Below, one piece after another: positions 30,309-37,589 of a stretch of DNA of 64,000 nucleotides. Where the stretch lies: contig JADJQM010000001.1 of NCBI GenBank assembly GCA_016712715.1, positions 1,811,094-1,875,093 of the forward strand, in the 5' to 3' direction. The stretch comes from Rhodospirillaceae bacterium. Lineage in GTDB: Bacteria > Pseudomonadota > Alphaproteobacteria > Dongiales > Dongiaceae. Below the pieces are notes generated by a model that worked only from the letters and a program-made list of their open reading frames with translations, did no database searches and was not told the DNA's origin. How positions within the stretch are numbered: the stretch's first letter is position 1; each line of letters opens with the position of its first letter. The translations under genes were made by a program, and so were the position numbers.

Positions 30309-31422
30309 TCACTCCATCGATATCGATTAATGTGCCGACCGAGCCGACATGGTTCGGGTAATAGACCGGGATGTGCTTGTAGACGGCGGCCTTTCCGATC
30401 GCCATGAAGAAGCCGAGCACAAAGGTCAGGATGGTGAAGGGCACGATGTCGATCACCAGGCTGAAGCTGATGTCACCTTCGATGCCATGCACGACATAGT
30501 CGGTCGCCGGATAGCTGAGGATGAAGGTGCAGATGACGCTGACGATGAAGGTCCAGTACATCACGCGACGTGCACCGACCTTGTCGGACAACACGCCGCC
30601 CACCACCCGGAACAGCGATCCTGGGATGGAATAGGCAGCGCCCAACATGCCGGCCGTGCGGATATCGAGGCCATAGGCGCCGACGTAGTAATGCGGCAGC
30701 CACAGGGCCAGCGCCACGAAGGCGCCGAACACGAAGAAGTAATAGAGCGAGAAGCGCCAGACCTGGAGCGACATGAGCGGCTGCAACTGCTCCATGAAGC
30801 TCTGCCCCTTGGCACCGCTCTGGCGGCGTGCGCGGAGGCTCGGCTCATCTTCCGAGAGAAAATAGAACAGCACCGCGGTCACCAGGAGGACGCTGGCCCA
30901 GATCTGCGCCACGACCATCCAGCCAAAGGCCACCATGACGAAGGGGGCGATGAATTTGGTCACGGCCGAACCGACATTGCCCATGCCGAAGAAGCCGAGC
31001 ACGGTGCCCTTGCGCTTGGCCGGCGCAAAATCGGCGACATAGGCCACACCCACGGCGAAGGAGCCACCGGCGATCCCCACGCCAAGGGCCGCCACCAGGA
31101 AGCCCGCATAGGTCGTCGCATAGGACAGCATCCAGGTAGCCGCCGCCGCCGCTACCATCACCAGCAGCAGCACGCGCCGCCCGCCGAACTGTTCCGTCCA
31201 GATGCCCAGCACCAAGCGAATGAGCGAGCCGACCAGGATCGGCAGGCCGACCAGGAAACCGAATTCGGTATCGTTAAGCGAGAGGTCCTGCTTGATCTGC
31301 ACACCGATGATCGAAAAGATCGTCCAGACAGCAAAACAGATGGTGAAGCTGAAAGTACTGAGGCCCACAGCCCGCGTGAGTTCCCGGCTCTGCACCTGAT
31401 CCTGGATTGTATGGTTGGCCAC
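30289..31422 (-). pseudogene. narK: NarK1-type MFS nitrate transporter, 3'-truncated (TM11-12 missing)
   Basis: ORF 30289..31491. The likely start is GTG 31422, preceded by GAGGGAG; the listed TTG start lies inside an FNR box. Ten TM segments are followed by KHIPVYYPNHVGSVG. The sequence then changes abruptly to TLIDIDGVNDASRR-stop, where nitrate signature 2 and TM11-12 should follow. Confidence 0.7.
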
Positions 31423-31477
31423 CGCGCGCTCCCTCGAATGTCTGGCGCTACGATTGGGCTTTGCGCTCGCCCATCCT

Positions 31478-31491
31478 TTGATATGAATCAA
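31478..31491. promoter_or_regulatory. FNR/NarR-type box 1 (TTGAT-ATGA-ATCAA)
   Basis: Perfect TTGAT-N4-ATCAA palindrome. Its centre is about 62 nt upstream of the proposed narK1 GTG. Confidence 0.7.
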
Positions 31492-31536
31492 TCAAGCGGT
31501 CGCCGGAACGCAATTTTCATTAGCTAGTTCAATAGC

Positions 31537-31550
31537 TTGACCACCATCAA
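31537..31550. promoter_or_regulatory. FNR/NarR-type box 2 (TTGAC-CACC-ATCAA)
   Basis: One mismatch to TTGAT-N4-ATCAA. It lies in the divergent narK1/narR intergenic region. Confidence 0.6.
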
Positions 31551-31558
31551 GCCACCGC

Positions 31559-31572
31559 TTGATAAATGTCAA
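31559..31572. promoter_or_regulatory. FNR/NarR-type box 3 (TTGAT-AAAT-GTCAA)
   Basis: One mismatch to the consensus. It lies about 106 nt upstream of the regulator ATG 31672. Confidence 0.6.
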
Positions 31573-31671
31573 TGAAACGCCAGGCATTCGCTGCCTATAT
31601 TGAACCGCATTGTCGCTGTGTGCTTGGCGGTGCTACCGACAAGAGCAGACAAGTTGAAAGACTCGGGGGCC

Positions 31672-32418
31672 ATGGACCTTTCCAATCTGGATTCGCTGAC
31701 CGAAATGCCCTGGTTCGCGGCGCTGTCGGCAACGGCACTTGCGGAGGTGAAGGGACAGAGTTTCATTCAGTCGCAGCCGGCGGAGGCGATCCTGTTCGAG
31801 CAGGGCCAGACCGCACAGTTCCTGCACGTCATCTTGACCGGACGCGTGGCTCTGGTGGGATCGTCGACGGCGCACAGCGATCCGGATCATGCGGCGGAGC
31901 TGGAAGCAACCGATCAATCGCCAGCCATCGACCGGGAAGCGATCATCGAAATTTTCGGTGCGGGTGACGTGGTGACGATCGCCGCGGTGCTGCTCAACCT
32001 GCCCTATATGATGTCGGCGCGCGTCATCGCGCCCAGCCGCATTGCCTATATCCCGGCGTCACTCATTCGTCACTGCCTGGATCACGACGCCGGCTTCGCC
32101 AGGGAAGTGGCGCTGATGCTGGCCCGGCACTGGCGCCTGCTGTCGCGCCAGCTCAAGGATCAGAAATTGCGCTCGGGCACGCAGCGCCTCGGGGCCTATC
32201 TCCTTACCCTGTCCGACGGACGCACCAGCGGCAGGGCCGAGATCGAGATGCCGATGGATCGCCGCACCCTGGCAAGCTGGCTCGGCATGTCGGCCGAAAA
32301 TCTGTCGCGCGCGCTGGCGCAACTGAAGTCGGTTGGCATCCGCGTCAGCGGGCGCCGCGCGGTGATCGACGACATCGCCCGTATCCGCGCCTTCTGCCTC
32401 GAGGATGATCTCAGATAG
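31672..32418 (+). CDS. Crp/Fnr family transcriptional regulator lacking the N-terminal Cys cluster (NarR/Dnr-like)
   Basis: ORF 31600..32418 trimmed to ATG 31672 (MDLSNL). It has a cNMP-binding-like beta-roll with an acidic insertion. The recognition helix SAENLSRAL carries the E--SR motif that reads TTGAT. There is no FNR-type Cys cluster. Confidence 0.85.
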   Translation: MDLSNLDSLTEMPWFAALSATALAEVKGQSFIQSQPAEAILFEQGQTAQFLHVILTGRVALVGSSTAHSDPDHAAELEATDQSPAIDREAIIEIFGAGDVVTIAAVLLNLPYMMSARVIAPSRIAYIPASLIRHCLDHDAGFAREVALMLARHWRLLSRQLKDQKLRSGTQRLGAYLLTLSDGRTSGRAEIEMPMDRRTLASWLGMSAENLSRALAQLKSVGIRVSGRRAVIDDIARIRAFCLEDDLR

Positions 32419-32430
32419 ACGCCCTACGTT

Positions 32431-32458
32431 GTCCCGCGCGATGCCACGGGACTTGTTG
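32431..32458 (+). terminator. Hairpin between convergent narR-like and hemerythrin genes
   Basis: GTCCCG-cgcgatgcca-CGGGAC followed by TTGTTG. The stem is short and the element could act in both directions. Confidence 0.35.
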
Positions 32459-32460
32459 CG

Positions 32461-32889
32461 TCATAGTCCAGCTTCGTTCAGCAAGTGGGATTTGTAGTCG
32501 AGATCATGGCGCACAATGATGTCGACCAAAGTCAGCTCGAGTGAGCCGATCATCCTCCTGTGCTGCGGGTCGCTGCCATCGACCGCTGCCACGGTCGCGG
32601 ATAGTTCCTGCAGCTTGGCAATGATCCTTTGATGTTGCGCCACATGTTCGTCGCAGCGAGGGAATCCGGCCTGCCGGAGGACCCGTTCTTCGCAGTGAAA
32701 GTGCTCGGTGCAATCCTTGACGAAGTCGTCAATGCCTGCCCGCACCTGATCCCATGAACCACCCTCTTCGACCAGTTTCTTCACCCGGTTGCTCTCCGCG
32801 AGCAGGCGAATATGCTGGGCATCGAGCTCGGCATTACCCGTCTCGAAGATTGTCGACCAGGGGACATCATGAGGCGCGCGGGGGGCCAT
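32461..32889 (-). CDS. Bacteriohemerythrin-like protein
   Basis: ORF 32461..33003 trimmed to ATG 32889 (MAPRAPHDVPWS). TGNAELDAQHIRL, HFHCEERVL, DEHVAQHQRI and IVRHDLDY give the hemerythrin His/Asp ligand pattern. Confidence 0.8.
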   Translation of the reverse strand: MAPRAPHDVPWSTIFETGNAELDAQHIRLLAESNRVKKLVEEGGSWDQVRAGIDDFVKDCTEHFHCEERVLRQAGFPRCDEHVAQHQRIIAKLQELSATVAAVDGSDPQHRRMIGSLELTLVDIIVRHDLDYKSHLLNEAGL

Positions 32890-32917
32890 GACTGTCCCTC
32901 CTCGGTCGAACGACCGG

Positions 32918-33478
32918 TCAGTTTCCACGTCGTCCAGCATGCATGGGAACCTTGCTATTCGAAGCGGAGACGACCCGATCGCCGGTCCTGGTTGCGCAGG
33001 CATTGGCCAGGATGAACGTCACGATCCGGTCGACCGCGTCCGGCGCGAAGCACGGCAAAAGCGAAACCACTGGCTCGTTGGTGACAAGAGCGAGGATTGA
33101 GGGATCGTCCGGATAGCTCGGGCGCCGATCCTGACCCGCCAGCACGATCTCACATTTGGGGTATGGGGCGAGGTGAAATCCTTCGATCAACACCAGATCG
33201 GTCGGCGACAGCCGTGCCAGCAGCGCATCGATATCAGGCTCCGTCGGCTGGTCGTATTCGGACATGATGGCATAGCGAAAGGCATTCGCGATCATGACCT
33301 CGCCCGCGCCGGCCTGCCGATGGGCGTAGCTTTCCTTGCCGGGCCGATCCAGATCAATCTCATCGCCCACCCGCTTCAAGGTAGAGACGCCGACACCCCG
33401 TGCCCTGAGCGCTTCGACCAATTGCGGAACCAGCCTGTTCTTGCCCCGGCAATTGCCGATAATTCCGAACGCGCGCAT
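32918..33478 (-). CDS. mobB: MobB-like molybdopterin-guanine dinucleotide biosynthesis adapter protein (degenerate P-loop)
   Basis: ORF 32918..33514 trimmed to ATG 33478 (MRAFGIIGN...). DLDRPGKESYAHRQAGAGEVM and DLVLIEGF are MobB-like. The Walker A position reads GNCRGKNRL instead of the usual [AG]xxxxGK[ST]. Confidence 0.7.
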   Translation of the reverse strand: MRAFGIIGNCRGKNRLVPQLVEALRARGVGVSTLKRVGDEIDLDRPGKESYAHRQAGAGEVMIANAFRYAIMSEYDQPTEPDIDALLARLSPTDLVLIEGFHLAPYPKCEIVLAGQDRRPSYPDDPSILALVTNEPVVSLLPCFAPDAVDRIVTFILANACATRTGDRVVSASNSKVPMHAGRRGN

Positions 33479-33555
33479 CTTTGTGCCTCTTCTTGTCGAT
33501 GGCCACTGCATCATCTGGCCAGGATCGATTGTCAGCAGCCGGGCGCCCTCAGGTC

Positions 33556-33569
33556 TTGACGCAGATCAA
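33556..33569. promoter_or_regulatory. FNR-type box upstream of mobB-hemerythrin (TTGAC-GCAG-ATCAA)
   Basis: One mismatch to TTGAT-N4-ATCAA. Its centre is about 85 nt upstream of the mobB ATG. Confidence 0.55.
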
Positions 33570-33789
33570 CCGATCCTTGATGTCTGCCGACTTTCTTTCT
33601 TCAATCGTCATTCATCATAACCAGGCATGATTCACCTCATGCGACCGCATGACATTCATCAAGTGGCGATAGCAAGACCTGGGCGACGTTCCGGTCATCT
33701 GGATCCGGTATGGATGAAAATCTTCGTCAGGGCATCAACACTGACGGCGCGGAGACCTCGCCATGCGCCTCGGTCGCCGTCAGGTCGGC

Positions 33790-33823
33790 CCAAACAAACA
33801 CGGCCCGCGGTTTCCCGCGAGCC
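33790..33823 (-). terminator. Rho-independent terminator after csbD
   Basis: On the minus strand: GGCTCGCGG-GAAA-CCGCGGGCC followed by GTGTTTGTTTGG. Confidence 0.55.
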
Positions 33824-33852
33824 ATGTCGTTGTCCGACCGGTGGCTGATCGA

Positions 33853-34068
33853 TTAGTTCGACCACAGGTCCTTGTTGGCGGTACGGAAGCTCTCGATCTG
33901 CTTCTCGGCATCTTCCTTGGCAACGCCATAGCGCTCCTGGATTTTGCCGACGAGCTGATCCTGGTGGCCTTCGAGCTGGGTGATATCGTCGTCAGTGAGC
34001 TTGCCCCACTGTTCCTTCACCTTGCCCTTGAGCTGCTTCCAGTTGCCGGCGATCTGATCCTGATTCAT
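33853..34068 (-). CDS. CsbD-family general stress protein
   Basis: ORF 33853..34068, 71 aa. MNQDQIAGNWKQLKGKVKEQWGKLTDDD... is the canonical CsbD repeat. Confidence 0.9.
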   Translation of the reverse strand: MNQDQIAGNWKQLKGKVKEQWGKLTDDDITQLEGHQDQLVGKIQERYGVAKEDAEKQIESFRTANKDLWSN

Positions 34069-34103
34069 GTTTCTCTCCTTCTCGATTGTTTACACTCTGG
34101 ATG

Positions 34104-34128
34104 AACGTTCTCTCCGCAATTTGGTTCC
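34104..34128 (-). promoter_or_regulatory. EcfG-type general stress promoter for csbD (GGAAC-N16-CGTT)
   Basis: On the minus strand, GGAAC (34128-34124), a 16-nt spacer, then CGTT (34107-34104). The -10 element lies about 36 nt upstream of the csbD ATG. Confidence 0.7.
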
Positions 34129-34130
34129 GT

Positions 34131-34634
34131 TCAACTCATCAGGGCGCGCAGCATCCACACGGCCTTTTCATGGATGTGCAATCGGCTGGTCAGGAGATCG
34201 GCCGTTGCCATGTCACCGACCCCGTCCGCCATTTCAATCACCGCGCGGAATGACCGCGACAAGGTTTCATGATCGGCAATGAGCGCGTTGATCATGACTT
34301 CGCCGGACTGCGTGCCGTCGGCATCCTGGATCTGTGTCAGCTTGGCGAACTGCCCGAAACCTGCCGGCGCCGGATGGCCCAGCGCTCGAATGCGCTCGGC
34401 AATGACGTCGATGGCGGCCGCCAACTCTTCATATTGCGCCTGGGTCAGTTTGTGCAGGCCATAGAAGAGCGGCCCGACCACATTCCAATGAAAGCCCTGC
34501 GTCTTGATATAAAGGGCGTAAGTATCGGCGAGCGCCTTGGCGACGCCTTCGGCCACCGCCTTGCGATCGCTGTTCTGGATACCGGTCTTGACGTTTTCGA
34601 TATGTGTCTTGGCCTGCAGGACTTCTGCGCTCAT
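34131..34634 (-). CDS. dps: DNA starvation/stationary phase protection protein Dps
   Basis: ORF 34131..34697 trimmed to ATG 34634 (MSAEVLQ). Ferroxidase-site context YIKTQGFHWNVVGPLFYGLHKL...DVIAERIRALG. Confidence 0.9.
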   Translation of the reverse strand: MSAEVLQAKTHIENVKTGIQNSDRKAVAEGVAKALADTYALYIKTQGFHWNVVGPLFYGLHKLTQAQYEELAAAIDVIAERIRALGHPAPAGFGQFAKLTQIQDADGTQSGEVMINALIADHETLSRSFRAVIEMADGVGDMATADLLTSRLHIHEKAVWMLRALMS

Positions 34635-34709
34635 GTTCTGGCTCCTTGTGGATTTTGGACATTCGTCGCGCGCCATGCGCCGCTGCGGCGATTGCAATCT
34701 GCAAATAGG

Positions 34710-34734
34710 AACAGGACCAGGCGGAGATGGTTCC
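34710..34734 (-). promoter_or_regulatory. EcfG-like promoter candidate for dps (GGAAC-N16-TGTT)
   Basis: On the minus strand, GGAAC (34734-34730), a 16-nt spacer, then TGTT (34713-34710). There is one mismatch in the -10 element. The -35 element sits in the loop of the adjacent hairpin. Confidence 0.4.
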
Positions 34735-34746
34735 CGTCTGGTCCTG
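34712..34746 (-). terminator. Hairpin downstream of the DUF883 gene
   Basis: Perfect 9-bp inverted repeat CAGGACCAG...CTGGTCCTG with a 17-nt loop, followed on the minus strand by TTCCTATTTGC. Confidence 0.35.
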
Positions 34747-34764
34747 CGTCGAATTCACGCGCCT

Positions 34765-35016
34765 TTAGCGGCGACCGAGCAGATAGCCCGCGAGCGCTCC
34801 AATTGCGAGGGTCACGCCCAGCGCCGCGAGCGGGCGTTCCGATACGCGCGCACTCACATTCTTCACCGCGGCGCCGGCTTCCGCCTGCACACGTTCGGCA
34901 CCTTCCTTGACCGCGTCATTGGCCTGGGCAAATTTGTCGCGCATGGTGTTGGCGGCCGTCTTGGCGGCTTCGCCGGCTTCTTCGAGGGTCGGGCGGGCGG
35001 CGGTATAGTTGCTCAT
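34765..35016 (-). CDS. DUF883/ElaB-YqjD-like membrane-anchored stress protein
   Basis: ORF 34765..35016, 83 aa. Ala/Glu-rich helix plus a C-terminal TM anchor PLAALGVTLAIGALAGYLLGRR. Confidence 0.75.
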   Translation of the reverse strand: MSNYTAARPTLEEAGEAAKTAANTMRDKFAQANDAVKEGAERVQAEAGAAVKNVSARVSERPLAALGVTLAIGALAGYLLGRR

Positions 35017-35392
35017 GTCTCACTCCATCTATGCTCTGGCTTTTGTTCTGGGGCACCGGACGTCCGGCGGTCGTCCTCTTGTCGGGAATGAACCGGGAGC
35101 GGCGCCAAAAGTTGCCGCCGGTTCCCGATGTTTGATCGATGTTACAGCCCTCGATCCGGTCGACGAATTTCCCCTCGTTTTTCGCGTGGAATGCCCCGCG
35201 CCGCGCGGGCATCGCCCTAATTGATTCGAGATTCGGGACCCTCCTGAAATAATTCGGAGGCGGTCACCTCAAGAAATGACGCCTGCGGTGCGTTTGAAGG
35301 CTGGCACCTTGCGGCGCGACCGGGCAAACTGGCGCCTCCTGGATGACCCACCCGGCGCGCCACGCGTCGACCCACTCCCCTAGGGACCTGAC

Positions 35393-36883
35393 ATGCAGCG
35401 TAACACCCTGATTTCGCAGCCATTCGACATGATCGTTTTCGGCGGCCGCGGCGACCTCGCCCGCCGCAAGCTCATTCCGGCGCTCTACCATCTCGACCGC
35501 GAGCGGCGGCTGCCCGATGACGGCCGCATCATCGCCGTCTCCCGCGGCGCCATGGCAAACGACGCGTTCGTCCAGATGATGCATGACGATTGCCAGACCT
35601 ATTCGACCAATGGCAGCGACGTGCAATTCGACGAAATCTCGTGGGCCCGCTTCGCCCAGCGCCTCACCTATCTCGGCCTCGATGCCACGGACGCGAAGAG
35701 CTATGACAGCCTGGCACTGCTGCTGAAGGGCCGCGAGGAGGTCATCCGCGCCTTTTACCTGGCGACGGCGCCCGACATCTTCGGCCCCATCGCCGCCAAT
35801 CTGAAGGCCCTTAACCTGGTGACCCGGGAATCCCGCCTGGTGCTGGAAAAGCCGCTCGGCCACGATCTCGCCTCGGCCCATGAAATCAACGCCGCCGTCG
35901 CCAGGGCCTTTGCCGAGCCGCAGACCTACCGGATCGATCATTATCTCGGTAAGGAGACGGTGCAGAACCTGATGGTGCTGCGCTTCGCCAATGCGCTGTT
36001 CGAGCCGCTGTGGAACCGCACCCATATCGAACAGGTGCAGATCTCGGTGGCCGAGACGGTCGGTGTCGGCGGGCGCTGGAAGTACTACAATGAATCCGGC
36101 GCGCTGCGCGACATGATCCAGAACCATCTGCTGCAGCTGGTCTGCCTCACGGCCATGGAACCGCCCAGCACCCTTGATGCCGACATGATCCGCGACGAAA
36201 AGCTGAAAGTGCTGCGTGCCCTGCAGCCGATCCATGCCGCCGACGTGGCCATGGCGACCGTGCGCGGCCAGTATCGCGCCGGGTCGATCGACGGCAAGAC
36301 GGTGCCCGGCTATCTTGAGGAATCAGACGCCGATCCCGTCAGCAACACCGAAACCTTCGTCGCCATCAAGATCGGCATCGACAATTGGCGCTGGGCCGGC
36401 GTACCGTTTTATGTCCGCACCGGCAAGCGCCTGCCGGCGCGTTCTTCGGAAATCGTCGTTCAGTTCAAAACGCCGCCGCACTCGCCCTATCCCGCTTCCG
36501 CCGGCACGATCCATCCCAACAAGCTGGTGATGCGCCTGCAGCCCGACGAGGGCATCCGCCTCGTCATGCTCAACAAGGGCAGGGGACCCGGCGAGTTGAA
36601 GCTGCACCAGACCGCCCTCGACCTCTCTTTCGCCGAGACCTTCGGCGGCCGTTCGCCCGACGCCTATGAGCGCCTGTTGCTCGATGTCATCCGCGGCCGC
36701 CCGGCCCTCTTCATGCGCCTCGATGAACTGGAAGCAGCCTGGCGCTGGACCGACGGCATCCTGCAGGGCTGGGCCGATACCGCGCTCGCGGCAAAGCCCT
36801 ATGCGGCCGGCTCCTGGGGACCCACGGCGGCGATCTCGCTCATCGAGCGCGACGGCCGCACCTGGCATGAGGACGACATTTAG
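35393..36883 (+). CDS. zwf: Glucose-6-phosphate 1-dehydrogenase
   Basis: ORF 35393..36883. GGRGDLARRKL and active-site RIDHYLGKE. Confidence 0.97.
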   Translation: MQRNTLISQPFDMIVFGGRGDLARRKLIPALYHLDRERRLPDDGRIIAVSRGAMANDAFVQMMHDDCQTYSTNGSDVQFDEISWARFAQRLTYLGLDATDAKSYDSLALLLKGREEVIRAFYLATAPDIFGPIAANLKALNLVTRESRLVLEKPLGHDLASAHEINAAVARAFAEPQTYRIDHYLGKETVQNLMVLRFANALFEPLWNRTHIEQVQISVAETVGVGGRWKYYNESGALRDMIQNHLLQLVCLTAMEPPSTLDADMIRDEKLKVLRALQPIHAADVAMATVRGQYRAGSIDGKTVPGYLEESDADPVSNTETFVAIKIGIDNWRWAGVPFYVRTGKRLPARSSEIVVQFKTPPHSPYPASAGTIHPNKLVMRLQPDEGIRLVMLNKGRGPGELKLHQTALDLSFAETFGGRSPDAYERLLLDVIRGRPALFMRLDELEAAWRWTDGILQGWADTALAAKPYAAGSWGPTAAISLIERDGRTWHEDDI

Positions 36884-37581
36884 TGTCCTTCACGGAGACC
36901 CGATATGACAGCCGCGCAGCGCTCGCTGCGGCGGTGGCTGCGCGTATCGCCGACGATCTCGCCGCAGCGATTGAGAAGAATGGTGCTGCCGGCCTGATCG
37001 TCCCCGGCGGCACGACACCGGTCGCCGTGTTTGATGCCCTGGCCCGGATGCCCCTTGCCTGGGACAAGGTCACGGTCCTGCCCTGCGACGAACGCTGGGT
37101 CCCGCGCTTTCACGCCGACAGCAATGAAGGGCTCATCCACCACCATCTGCAGCAGGGCGAAGCCAAGGCAGTCAATCTGCTGGGCCTCTATCGCCCCCTG
37201 CCGACACCTGGCGATGCTATTGCGGAAATCGCCGCGTCGCTCCGGACAATCCCGCGGCCCTTCGCCAGCGTCTTTCTCGGCATGGGCGAAGACGGGCATT
37301 TTGCCTCGCTCTTTCCCGGCCACGCCGAAACCGCGCCGGCCCTCGATCTCAATACCGATGCTGCCGTCATGGTCTTGGCGGAGCCCGCCAAGGGCCATCC
37401 CCGCATCGGCCTCACCCTGGCCACATTGCTCGACACGCCGCGCATTCTGCTGGCGGTAACGGGTGCGGAAAAACGGATTGTGCTCCAGCGCGCCATCGCC
37501 AATATCAATGACGACAGCCTGCCGATCGCGGCCCTGCTCCGGCAGACACGGACCCCGGTCGACATCCTCCTGAGCGAATGA
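36883..37581 (+). CDS. pgl: 6-phosphogluconolactonase
   Basis: ORF 36883..37581. The GTG start overlaps the zwf TAG by 1 nt. VPGGTTP and [15 protein letters not shown]. Confidence 0.9.
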   Translation: MSFTETRYDSRAALAAAVAARIADDLAAAIEKNGAAGLIVPGGTTPVAVFDALARMPLAWDKVTVLPCDERWVPRFHADSNEGLIHHHLQQGEAKAVNLLGLYRPLPTPGDAIAEIAASLRTIPRPFASVFLGMGEDGHFASLFPGHAETAPALDLNTDAAVMVLAEPAKGHPRIGLTLATLLDTPRILLAVTGAEKRIVLQRAIANINDDSLPIAALLRQTRTPVDILLSE

Positions 37582-37589
37582 GGACCATC

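Noticed and set aside
30316-30331. ATCGATATCGATTAAT interpreted as a definite cloning or engineering scar.
   Set aside because: Restriction-site content alone cannot prove engineering. There is no vector, marker or FRT/lox sequence nearby, and a natural palindrome-mediated deletion is equally possible. It is reported as an open question.
33627-34104. Plus-strand ORFs 33627..33848 and 33763..34104 in and around the mobB-csbD spacer.
   Set aside because: The second is antisense to csbD, which is unmistakable. The first is Arg/Pro-rich, has no RBS or motif, and crosses the csbD terminator hairpin.
35017-35392. EcfG-type promoter for the DUF883 gene, and a HexR-type operator for zwf, in the 376-bp spacer.
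   Set aside because: A GGAAC (minus strand, 35125-35121) exists, but the sequence 16-17 nt downstream is CGCC/GCCG, not CGTT. I saw only short 5-bp inverted repeats and no convincing operator, which is not enough to call either site.
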